64,000 bases of DNA from Lama guanicoe. Taxonomy: Eukaryota. The position numbers were made by a program, and so were the translations under genes. The notes beneath the pieces were generated by a model. It searched no databases. It saw only the letters and a program-made list of their open reading frames with translations, and was not told the origin of the DNA. The stretch lies in the NCBI GenBank assembly GCA_013239625.1, contig MU054187.1, forward strand, positions 16,012,941-16,076,940, written 5' to 3'. This document shows positions 36,891 through 48,750 of the stretch, in pieces. Every line of letters starts with the position of its first letter. Position 1 is the stretch's first letter.

Positions 36891-39859
36891 TAAAGTAGCA
36901 CAATTTTAGGTAGAGCAGAAGCTCTCCATGGTAATTATTCTCACACAGTAACGTGATCGAGGCTTGAAACATTAGTCTCTCCGCAGTGATTGTATGGAGT
37001 TTTATAGTACTTCTGATGATTCTGATCCCACCTGCCTCCAAATCCCAAGAAGAGCATCATTCATCATGTTAAAAGTCATTGGCCCCTAAAGCAAGAAAGA
37101 AAAGAGGAAAAATTGGGTAAAAGGATAAATATGCTTGAAGGTAACATAAAAGGATTGCAAAAATCAAACTACTATGAACTTCATGCACTCACTCATAAAA
37201 AGAGGGGATCATCTGTTCAAAATGAAGTATGAAGGGGTTTATTACAACAGAGAGAATCTGTTTTAATATGCAAAGTCCTATCAATTTCTGGCCTTTTCCT
37301 TTTTTTTCCTTTTTTTTTTCCAAGTGGATAAAAGTATGAAGTAACTTCAGAAAGAGCTATTTTATAAGAATTTAATTTTTCCAGTTCCATGGCATGAACC
37401 AAGCTTACCTACAAGCCCATCCAAAATGGTAAAAGCAAACCAGTTTCAGTTTACAATGTTCAAATAGAAATTTGCTGGTACAGCATCTTTGAATGGCTTT
37501 GGCATTGTCACAGATCCTGCTGGGTATTTTTGTCCGAGGAGAATGTCATTAGGTATTTTTCTTGGATGGTAGGCTATGTATAATGTGGCAGAGATTTTGA
37601 TGGGTAAGGATAATTTCAGCAGCCCTCGTGTCTTTCTGTTGAGGTGAAGTTGTGGCAGAAGGTGTTTGTTTCCCCAGGAACATCCAAGTGTGCAAGGATT
37701 CTTAGATTAAATCTCTTTGGAATAGTGATAAAGAGTATACACAACACTTAAGAATTATATCTGTGGTCTATACAGGTTTGTTGATAATGAAAATCTAAAG
37801 GATGGGGAGAACTGACCATTTCCAAATAGGGAATAGCTCTTATTTGGGTCCAAATGGGTAAATGGTGTGTTTAGATGTTGACTTCCAAGCCAATTTTAGT
37901 AATGGAGAATATCTTTTTTATTATAGCACCTGGTTTCTTTTTTAGACAATTTTACCATTCTCATCAAGACTGATAGCCATAGTAAGTTTAGTTTCTGTAG
38001 TAAAAACAATTTTTGAAGCCTTGTTCATCTTTTCTTCTTAAGCCCCTCCTTTAAAAAAAAAATTACCTAACCAACTAGTAATTAGTTAACCACATACAGC
38101 TTTTGTTTTCTTAGAAGATTAATATAGTTAGTATTTCCTTCTTCTTGTATTAAATTCTATTATACTTTATTCTAAAATAGTGTGCAATTCCAGAAAAAAA
38201 TAAACAAAATCAAAAATCTACTAAGATTTTATATCAAATAACTGTAGGTCAGAAAAAAAAATGAATTATACCAGAGGAAGATCAAATTCTGGAAAAGTAG
38301 TAAAATAAATCTAGCGGCATGAAATTTTTTTCATATCAAGAATCATGTAGAAATTGGGCTCTGGCCAGTGATTCCTTCTTCTCTTTAAAGCGAATGCAAA
38401 TTGCATAAAATGCAAATGGCAACTGTGTATTGATTGACTAAAACATCCCCTTTAATTCTTCTCCATTTTTTTTTGTTTCCTTTTTATACTAAGACTATGG
38501 GCAAATTCACATAAGGTTAATAATGTGGAATCACTCCTCAGGATGTGAACCTTAAATGAAGGAGAAGGATGTCAGATAGGAACCTGGCATTTCCTGATTT
38601 AATAAGTATATCTTAATTATGAAATATAAACCAAGCACAATGTTTATTTCCTCATAATTTCAAGCTCTTTCACTATCATACTTCCAATCTAGGTTAATTC
38701 CCTTTACACATTAAAAAAATTACTTATTGAGTATTGTCATTTCTTTGTCATGTGTAATATTCCAGGAAGATTCAACGTCTAGAAAGTTGCATAAATTAGT
38801 TCAGGCATGGCTCTTCATAGAAGTTTGTAACTTTATTCATAACTTAGTGTGTAAATGATATACCTTGTTCTCTTTTATTTCAACATTAACGTGATTGGAA
38901 TTGATTAAAATGATATACTTGTAAGTTGTGCTTTTTACCTACATCCGCTTATTATGAGAAGAATATTTCTTAGCAGCAGACCAAAGGTCATTTTGTCAAA
39001 AATTTCTTGCAGAGAACAAAAATTATAAATATAATGTCAAGATGTATTATTTTAAAATGGCTTCTGTGATATAGCCAAATAAGCTATAGCTAAGTGATTC
39101 TTTTTCCTGTTCAATTTGATATGGGATGCTGACCCTCCATGGTGGGGACCACCTCCTCTGATGTATTATGCAATTACATTGATGGATGGTTAATTGAGTC
39201 ACTGTGGCAGATCATATGTTTACTCATGACCCACATGTCATTGGTCAGGTTATGGCTTCACATCTCTGGCCTATAAACATATGTCGTTTGGGAAAATACC
39301 TGTTTTAAATATAATTTCTGGTTTAAAATGCCCATAGTGAAATAAATGATTAACTTCATAATCAGAAATTTGCACACAGTTGCTTTTGTCACCAAGATGA
39401 CTTAGACTGTGCGTGTCACATGGTTTGAAACCACCAGTGAATGTAATAAGACTTTTGTGTAAATAATGAAACTGTCTCAATTTAGGTGTTCTCTGGTATT
39501 AATAGCAAGGTTACTTGAACTTTCATAAGTACATTTAAATGCAGCTGTTTAGATAGTAATCAGTTTTCTGGTTTATTGAGAAAGAATAAAAGAAAATCCA
39601 TCCGGGACTAGCCCTTATCAATATTGTATGGTTAATCAAGATTACCTTTGATTTTCTCAATTTTCCACTGTCTTTGATCAACATGACTTTTGTGTGTCTC
39701 AGAATATGATACATCCCCTTTAGGTAATGTTCTATGATACCTATTTCGATCAACAGGGACATTTTTTAGTTTCCCTGAATATCAGGAGGTAAGCAGCCAT
39801 CTGGTTATGAGGTCAGGTTAGGTGATTCAGGTGAATGGGATCCTGTGCCTTTTAGGAGA

Positions 39860-40035
39860 GCTGTGTAGCCGAGAGGAATGACTGAGCGCAGGACTGTGTT
39901 GGAATCTTCACTCTGCTACCAACTAGTTCCAGGCTTTGAGCATATCTGATGACAACCCTAGTTGGTTTCCTTATTTGCACCATGGAAGTAATAATAGTAT
40001 CTATTTTGTAAAATGTTGTGAAGATTAATTAAAAT
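39860..40035 (+). mobile_element. MIR SINE
   Basis: ctctgctaccaactag...tttccttatttgcaccatggaagtaataatagtatcta...gttgtgaagattaa. Confidence 0.7.
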
Positions 40036-40149
40036 TCTCTCTATATCTCATTGATTATAATTTCTGAAATACATTTATATGTTAATACATATATTAGTAA
40101 TTTTTGTTATTCATTGAACATCTTAAATAAATTCTTGGGTAGCAACAAC

Positions 40150-40370
40150 AACTATAACAACAACTGCCATTTACTGAGCACTTGGCTTTGTGGAATAATT
40201 AGGCCACAGGCTTTGTCCCAGTTTTCTTCATAACAATCATATGATGTACTATTTTTATTTCTATTTTATAGGTAACAAAGTTGAAGATCAAGGGATGTAT
40301 TAGTTTGTTCAAGATCACAAAGCTAATTAAGTGACAGCATAAAATCAAATTCATGTTGTGTGATTCCCAA
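40150..40370 (-). mobile_element. MIR SINE
   Basis: ccatttactgagcactt...ctattttataggtaacaaagttgaag...ttgttcaagatcacaagctaattaagtgacag. Confidence 0.7.
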
Positions 40371-40894
40371 CTTGATACATTGATGCACATAACTTATCCT
40401 AGTTTAGTAATGAAAAAAAATTGACTTTCTTATGCAGCTCTCTTTTGTGCATGTCCATATTTTTATAACTTGCCCAAATGTCTACCAGTAAAGAAAAAAA
40501 TGATAGGAAAACTAAGGTGAGTTACATTCTTGACTAAAGTGCTTCTGTAAACTACTTGAGTCACCTTGTGGTGTCATTTGATTTTGGGATATGATTGTGG
40601 TCTTCTATTATTGGCAATATTGAAAAGGAAGAGAGGGCTTCAGTTACCTTGTACCCTCTACATAATGCTGTATGAAGCTAATAATTTCCTATATCTGTAC
40701 AATTATCTTCTATTTTGGAAAGAAATTACAAGTTTTTTTTTAATTCTTAGAAATACTTTATTACACTTTATTACATGAAATATACCTTGAGTCATGTCAT
40801 ATATATACACATATATATATATAAACACACACATATACATATGTTTTATGTATAAACCCTTGTCTCATGAAATAACTAAATGCATTTGTATCAC

Positions 40895-41512
40895 ACAGTA
40901 GAATTCAGAGATGACCCCCACAATATCTACCCTTTAGTACACACATCCTACATAATACCTAGGACTGCGAATATAATGGCTTTTACTCCCAAAATTACAT
41001 TAATTTATATGCCACAGTTGACTTTACCAGAGGGAGATTGTTTAGGCTGAGCCTGACCCAATCAACTGAGGCCTTAGAAAGTCCTGGGCTTTTTGTAAAC
41101 CTGGAGATTCAGAGAATGAGAGGGATTCCAGATGAGCAAGATTCTCCATCACTGGCTTTGAAGGTAGAGGGGCCTTGAGGCGAGGAATGCAGGCAGTCTC
41201 TATGAACAGAGTGGACCCGTATATAAACTAATAGCCCCCAAGGAAACACATACTTAGTACTACAATCAAAAGGAATTGAAATCTTCCAGTAACCTGAATG
41301 AATCTGAAAGTGATCCTCCCTGAGAGGTTCGAGGGGAGAACTCAGTTCGGCTGACACCCTGATTTCAGACTTGGAATGGGTGAGCTCTGACCAGGACTAG
41401 GAATCTTGAGCCGAGCCTGTTTCCCTGTACTGGAACTCATTAATACACCAGTGTTGTTTTAGGTACTAAACTTGTGATAATTTGTTATACAGCAATAGAA
41501 AACTAATATACA
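40895..41512 (+). mobile_element. MLT1E-like MaLR solo LTR
   Basis: agaattcagagatgaccccc...gggagattg...gcctgacccaatca...ctggctttgaag...ggaatgcaggcagtctcta...ttgttatacagcaatagaaaactaata. Confidence 0.8.
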
Positions 41513-44500
41513 CCATTGATAATATAGCTTATTTATAAGCAAAGAAGTTGTTTTAGGAGCTAATAAAAATATAAAAGAGTAAGCATTCTGATGAAGTAAA
41601 ATGCCCACAGATTCTACTAGTACACAGGTGCTGTGCATCTTTATAATGTAAGCATAAATGGAAAGTGTGGTGTTTTAGTGAAATATTTCTTCCTTGAGCT
41701 GTGATGGTTATTTTTAACTAAACATTTGGATTTTGAGAGTCATAATAAACATTTCTGCTGCTTTATCAAAATGACATAAAATGCCTTCTATACTTGTCAG
41801 AGCTGTTTTGCATTATTTCTCTCTGAACTAACAATTTTTAAAGCTATCTACATTTCCCAAATGTTTTAAGGTAAATACTATTAATTTTTTTACGTCACTG
41901 TGGTAGGACACGTATCTAAGTAATACTGCTTTATCGATGACATGTCTTTGATGATTCATCCAGTTTGACAAGTAACTCTTCTTTAAGCTCTTTGGTTTGC
42001 ATCAACACTGAGATAAAATGGGACTTGAACAACGTGTACAGCTGAAGCAAAATAACATACAATCACTGTATTGTTCGAAAACTAAAGCTTTTCAGTGGAC
42101 AAAAATAGCGAATGAAACAGTATCTTTGCTTCCATCATTGATTTTCTCACAAAATACCCAGAATTAGCTTAAATTTCCTCTGTCCAATGAATTTAACCTA
42201 TAATAAAAAAGAGGGTTTGTCTCTCCTGTATAATTTTTGAGCGATATTGAGAAAGATTATGATAATATACATATAATAAAATTGTCGACAATGATTGAGT
42301 CCTGTAATTGTGAACTGAATTCAAGGAGGCTGTCTTGAAGATGAGAACTAACCGTGCTTTCATTTTGATTAGCTTACCTTTTCAAGTGTTCCGCTAGGAA
42401 CTTCTGTCACACAAATAGAAGAACTTTATTATCATCACTATAGCAACTGCAGGGAAATTTATTTCAAAACAGTTGGCTACCTGAAAATTTTTTCAGGACA
42501 GAAAGAAGCGCAGATGTTATGTAACATTTTAATTCATTTTTAAAACATTGTTCTGTGGTCTAAACTAGTGCACTTTTAAAAGGGCAAGATAGTCTAGCTG
42601 CTTTATATATTTTTTATTTAAGCAATAAAAGATAACACATATATCTATGTATATACATAAGTTGATTTCAATTTTCTTTATGAATTATTGCTTAGCAACT
42701 CTTTCGCATTTCTGAAAGCAGCTTTAAAAATTCCTTTGTAAGGAACAGTTTTATATGGATGATTCAAAATCTGAGTATGTTACTAAACAATACTTTTCCC
42801 ATGATTATTATATTTAAGTAAAAAACAGTATAGCAGGTATTAATATACATGAGCAATTGGAAAGTAAATTAATACTACCTTCTTTGCCTTGTACAAGAAT
42901 GATCGCAATTTTAAAGCTGATTTATTTAATAGTTTGTGCTCTCTCTCAAATTTCTGTGCAAGAAAATGCTCTTGTTCTTCCTATCGTATCTTTTCCTTTC
43001 TCTAAACTTTATCATGAACATGCATGGTTCAAAGTTGCTGACAATCTGCATTTAAAATAAGATAATCATAGACTAGGGCTGCCTAGGCAATTTTTAACCT
43101 TTATATCTTTGCTGGAGCCAGAGTTCTGAGAACTTCTTTTATAATGGCCTTTTAAAAATGCCTTTCTGGACTGATAGGACTTACTTTTTAAGTACTCTTC
43201 TGGTACTTTGACTGAAAAAGACATGACAAGATTTCAAGATTCCCTGAAATGCATTCATATGCACGGATTATGCACATGCATAGGATGGTATGGCTGCCTT
43301 TAGGCTTCCCCCATAAAGCCTCCTGCTGATAGACTGAGGGAACAAGACCCTGACAAAATGTAGGGAATTGGTTGCTTTACAAGACAAATTATAATGTGCA
43401 TTCATTCTTAAAGCTTTCACAATCTTTGTGTGATTTCTTCTCTTGGAATTAAACCTTGTAAGTGTGTAAAATTATACATGAAAGAACAATAAAAGGATAA
43501 GAATATGCTTGTAGTAAACCATTAAAATGATACATGGATTATTTTTGAAGAAGCTTATAGGTGCTCTAAAATCTAAATTTGATTTTCCATGTTCATTACT
43601 TACTTTTATTGTAGAATCAATTGAATGAAACATCTGGAATATATATATATACATATATATATATGCACACACATACTTATAAATGTTACCATATATGGTA
43701 GTGTAGTTGCAAGTTCAATATTAATTTTAACTATTTAAAAATAATGATTATATATTTGGTAACAATACATTTTAAAGCCTTTCCTCAAAAGGCTTATTAA
43801 GTCAATTAATTACATAACTATAAAATTTCATTGTGCTTTTCTACAGCTTTTATCACAAAATCAGTTTTCAATAAAATTCTCATATCTATGCTATGTTCAA
43901 TTTCTATCAATATTCTTTGGAGATAAATATTAAGTTAAGAAGTACATTGGTGACATAATGGTATATAGAAATATTAAACAAAACTTTTGAACTCTGAATG
44001 CCTTTTTTATTTAAGCGAGTTTTACCCCTTCAAGTTAGTAAGAACATTGGGATGTTAGCTATTTGGTAATTATATCATTCATATTATTCTATGAAAGCAT
44101 TTTCCTATAAAAGGTAGCAAAATGCAATGTGCTTTTAGAAAATATCTCAACTTTTAAATATGTGAACATGTTAACATGGTTGTTATTTAAAAATATAAAT
44201 ACTGCTTAAATAAATAAATATCTTATTTTAAATTGATTAAGCATAAATTGTTTTGTTTAAAAGTTTACAAAATTTTGGAGGCTGCCAGTAGATGGCATTC
44301 TGGTTTCTGTAAGAGAGTTTATTAGGGATGGGCTCTTTTCTTTGGAAAAAGGAAAAAGAATCTGTGACAATAGGATTCTGATTGAAAAGGTTATTAGATC
44401 TTCTCGAGAAACTGTAGCCATTCTAAAAACAATTAAGTCTCAAACCATGTTTCTTTTACTACCTTAGTTTATTAAACCTGGTCAGTTTCTAACTCTCAAA

Positions 44501-46316
44501 ATTGTGATTTAGATAAAATTATTGTAATTTGATTGAACAAAAATTTAATGTTAAAATATAATGTTATGCTAGTGACAATAAACCATAAATAAACTAGTGA
44601 CAATAGTGTTTTAGCTTCATTCAAAGCATTGTAATCAATAATCAGCTTATGCCAAGAACTATATTATTGCCTACTGGCCCAAATTCATACATGTTAGCAT
44701 TATTTAATCATGAATAACCATATGATTTAATTTACCATTTGTAAAAATATTATTAATCTCAAATTAACTTTTTCCAAATGATAAGCATAATCTAATAAAG
44801 TCTCTTGCATATGGTAGATAATTATTTGGTATTTGTTAAATGAATAAATGGGAATGTACACCTATAACTCACTAAGAGTCTCTTTCTGGATTTATTTGTA
44901 AAATTACATAAATTGAAGCTCCTCAAGAAACTCTTTATATGAACATCAACTCTCCAACATGGAGAACAGGCTGCTCTTTTCCAGGAAGTCTTTCCTTAAT
45001 TCTTGTATTACTTAATAGATAATTAAATTTATGCTTAATAAGCTATTCCTTTCTAAAAACATCATTCTTAGTAGTTATATGACTTATTTTAGTGCTGGGA
45101 TAGTTGAGGAACTAAACCCCATGATCACTAATAAAAGCAGCAATTATTTATTTCTAACATGTTTTGAGATACCTAATAAATGAAATATATTTAAAGCCAT
45201 TGAGATAACCTTTTCATATACCATGACAAAAGAATAAGAGATAATTTTCTAAACTAAAAGTGCTAACAAGATCAAAGATGCTCATTGAAAATAACAATCA
45301 ATTTCCAAATACTGTTTTCTTCATTGCTTTAGATTCACATGCAAATAATTAACATAGTAATTTAAAAAGTCATATTCTATTAAAGCAATCATCCTTAAGA
45401 GTATGCAGTAAAGTACTTTGATAGTTTTTATATGCTGAGCAATTAAAAATGAATAAAGAATTTTTTTCCAAAAATTTAGACTTATTAATTATGAAAGCTT
45501 TTCCTTTACTGGTCTAATACAGAAAGCTCTAATAGAGTAACACTGTAGTAAAGCACAAATGATAGTCTATGTTGGAGGAAAGAACAAATTAATCTAAGTT
45601 AATACCTTAGAATTTCTGATGCTATCTCAGAGTTTTCAAAGCTATTGATTTTTCTGAGTCACTATTAGATTTTTCCACCAGAGAAAGTTGAGAAGCATGG
45701 ACATTTCTGGCTGTCTGTAAAATTCAAAATGGAAGTTACCTTGCTATGGTAAGGAAGGCAGTCTATTTAGAACAAGATTATTTTAATCCACATAGTGTCA
45801 GCAGGTTTGTCCATTCTTGCTGGCCTTGCCTGAAAGCCATCTCCTTCGAAAATTCCTCCCTGATACCCTAAGTCAGAAGTTTCGGTTCTTATTTCAATTC
45901 TCATAGCATTTTATACCAATTTTTAACATAATTCTAGTTCTTACAAATTTCACATTACGTTCATGTATGTATTTTCTATGCACTAAGTCCTTTAGAGAAA
46001 TGTTCCTTATTGTATCCTTCACAATGGCTACTGTAGTGCCTTTTATGTACCAGTTTCTCAATGATTATTTTCAAGTTTACAATAAAAACTACTACAGTAG
46101 TACAGTATTTTTGAATTAACCATGAAATCAATAGATATGAATAAGATGAATAAAAAGAATGCATAAATAAGTAATTATGATAGCTTGCAAGGGAACAACA
46201 AAGATTAAAGTTATTCCCTGGGGAGTTGGCATATTATAGATGACAAATTCATGCTAATATTTTGTTTTTGGAGGTTCATCACTGCTATTTTCCCCATGGG
46301 TTTTGTTTCATTCTAG

Positions 46317-46490
46317 ATCAGAGTCTCAACCGTGAATGCCCATTTAGAATTGCTGGGAGCTTTAACAATCAATACTGGTTCCTGTGATCCAACCCTAGAA
46401 CTTCTAATTTAATTTGTTCCACTTTTGCTTCTTCCATCAAGATTATTCCTAAATGATTAAATTGTTTAGTCAGGGTAGAGAGCAACTGGT
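46317..46490. mobile_element. MER5-like hAT-Charlie MITE
   Basis: cagagtctcaacc...ttagaattgctgggagcttt...ttctaatttaatt...cagggtagagagcaactg (degenerate TIRs). Confidence 0.55.
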
Positions 46491-46744
46491 AGAAAAGTAT
46501 AACAGACTGGAGTCTATCTATTTGGTATGATCCTATGGATTCTTCCTCTGAATAGAGAACTAGTTGAGGAAGATTTTTTCAATATAATTGTGTACCTGGG
46601 ACAATCTTTACTATGAACATCTATGTAATTTGCTGTTTAAAAAAAAATTCACACACTTTGCAAGACAAGTTTGAACTGTGCATAGTCTCTGGAGGAATTA
46701 TTGCCTGAAATAGATATTCCCTCATGGAGAGATATTCATGTGGG

Positions 46745-46920
46745 GCTTTGTGAACAGAACACTTGATTTAGAATTCCAGTTCCACGTGGGATCAAGCTTA
46801 TAACCTTGGCAAGAACACATTTCCCCATTCATAAAGAGAAGGTTATCATCCCTTTCTCACAGGATTGTTATGAGGTTTATTTTACAGGAAACTGTCAAGT
46901 GATTAGTATGCCACCAGGCT
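46745..46920 (+). mobile_element. MIR fragment
   Basis: gaattccagttccac...taaccttggcaag...tttccccattcataa...ctcacaggattgttatgagg. Confidence 0.6.
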
Positions 46921-47189
46921 GTTGAGAGGTTCTGTTATAATTAGGCTCATCAGATTGTTAGCACTATAATCATTACTGCGTTGGGTTCCAGTGCCTGGGT
47001 CTTGCTATTCGTTTAATTATTTTGATTCCTATTCAAACTTAATGTCTCATTTTCAAAGATTCTTCCTTGAAAATTTCTTGAATTATTCCCCAGTGTGAAT
47101 TAGAGTCACCCAATCTGTTGTTTTCTCTCATCACATCTGTTTCAGAATGCTTGTGCAAGATTACTTGTAAAAAGATGGTCCAATTCTCT

Positions 47190-47470
47190 GCCTTTGGCTG
47201 TATCTTGCTTATTATGCAACAGAAATGTGCTCTAGTCATGGAGTGAAGGATATTTCTCCAGCACCTCCACTTAGAATTTTTGTGGAATCTGTGACTTGCT
47301 TTGGCCAATATAATGCATGGGAGATGTGTATGCCAGTTCCCAGCCAAGCCTTTAGAAACTTGAGAGCTCCTGACTGCTCTCTAGAAATTCTCCCCTGTGA
47401 GAGAGGGCCTGCACACATGGGCAGTGAAGACCCAACAGGCATAGTAGAAAATAATAGCCAGGCAGACTTG
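47190..47470 (+). mobile_element. MLT1 LTR fragment
   Basis: ctgtgacttgctttggccaatataatg...atgtgtatgccagttcccagccaagccttta. Confidence 0.65.
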
Positions 47471-47489
47471 GAAACTCCTTGAATTTTTA

Positions 47490-48690
47490 ATGCATTTCTC
47501 AAATAAGTCATGGCAGAAAAAAGTCCAAAAACCCAATAGAAAAATGGGCAAAAATAGAAACAGATAATTCATGGATATATATTCTTTTAAGCCCATGAAA
47601 AGATGTTCATCCTCACTTATGATTTAAAAAAATACAAATTGAAACTACATTCAGATATCATATCTTACTTATATTGATGAAAATTTAAAAGTATGAAAAC
47701 ACATTCTATTAGTGAGGCTGTAGGGGAACAGGTACTCTCATGTAGTGCTCGGGGGAAAGCAAACTGGTATAAACCCTTTTAGAGTGGAAATTGGAAGCAT
47801 CTAACAAAACTATTAAGCACCACCTACCTTTTGGCACAGTAATTCCACTTCCAGTAGTTTATCCTGAAGACACACCTCCAAAAATATGAAATACACGTGC
47901 CCGGGTTATTGACTATATTGTTTGTAATTTCAGATTCTTGAAAGCAAACAAAATGTTCATATAAAATAAAACAGTTAGTTAAATTGTCTGAATACTGTTA
48001 AGCTGAATAATGATGAAGATTTTATGAACATCCATGGAGTGTTTTCTATGACATATTGTTAAATGAAGGAAGGAAAGTGAAAATAGTGTCTATCATATGC
48101 TAGCTTTCCATAAACGGTCATGAGGAAGCTGATCCCTATCAAATAACAAGCATACTGTGAAGTTTGTCTAATTAAAACATATGGTACTGGTATGTGTTTA
48201 GAAAAATACATCAGTGGAATAAAATAGAAAGTCCAGAACTAGAATAATTACACGTGGAAATTTAGTAAATGACAAAATTGGCGTCTCCAAGATAGCGTTT
48301 TTAATAAATTGTTCCAGGCCAGAGAGTCTGCTCATTTATACAAAAAGAAGCAAGAAAGATAAACATGATTCAGATTGGTTTTCTACAAGCAGAGATAGGA
48401 ATAGAGTAGAAAAGTGGAGGGATGGGAATAGAGTAAAAGTGATGGAGAAAATGACACTTTTCTGACTTTTAGAATAATGTCAGTGTTTACATAGTTAGAA
48501 AATAGATATATAAAATCAGTCAAAATTGTAGAATGTGAAAGAGAAAAAAACAATATGGAATATAAACTAAAGCAAATAAACCTAACTATATTTCAGGTGA
48601 ATATCGCCTACACAATAAAGGTGAAAAGAGTTGGTACTCAGAAAGAACTAACTGAAGTAACTTTGGAACATAGCACTTTGATGATACACA
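47490..48690 (+). mobile_element. L1MC-type ORF2 end/3'UTR fragments
   Basis: caatagaaaaatgggcaaaa...atgaaaagatgttcatcctcact...gaacaggtactctcat...gtaattccacttc. A separate ORF2 piece (tggtactgg...cagtggaataaaatagaaagtccaga) is at about 48130-48320. Confidence 0.75.
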
Positions 48691-48750
48691 CACACACACA
48701 CACACACATGCACATACATATCTACATGTATGTGTGTGTATATATATATC
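48685..48750. repeat. (CA)n followed by (TG)/(TA) microsatellite
   Basis: Seen directly. Confidence 0.9.

Noticed and set aside
39860..40370. Inverted MIR pair as a dsRNA hairpin
   Set aside because: The copies are too diverged from each other to pair stably.
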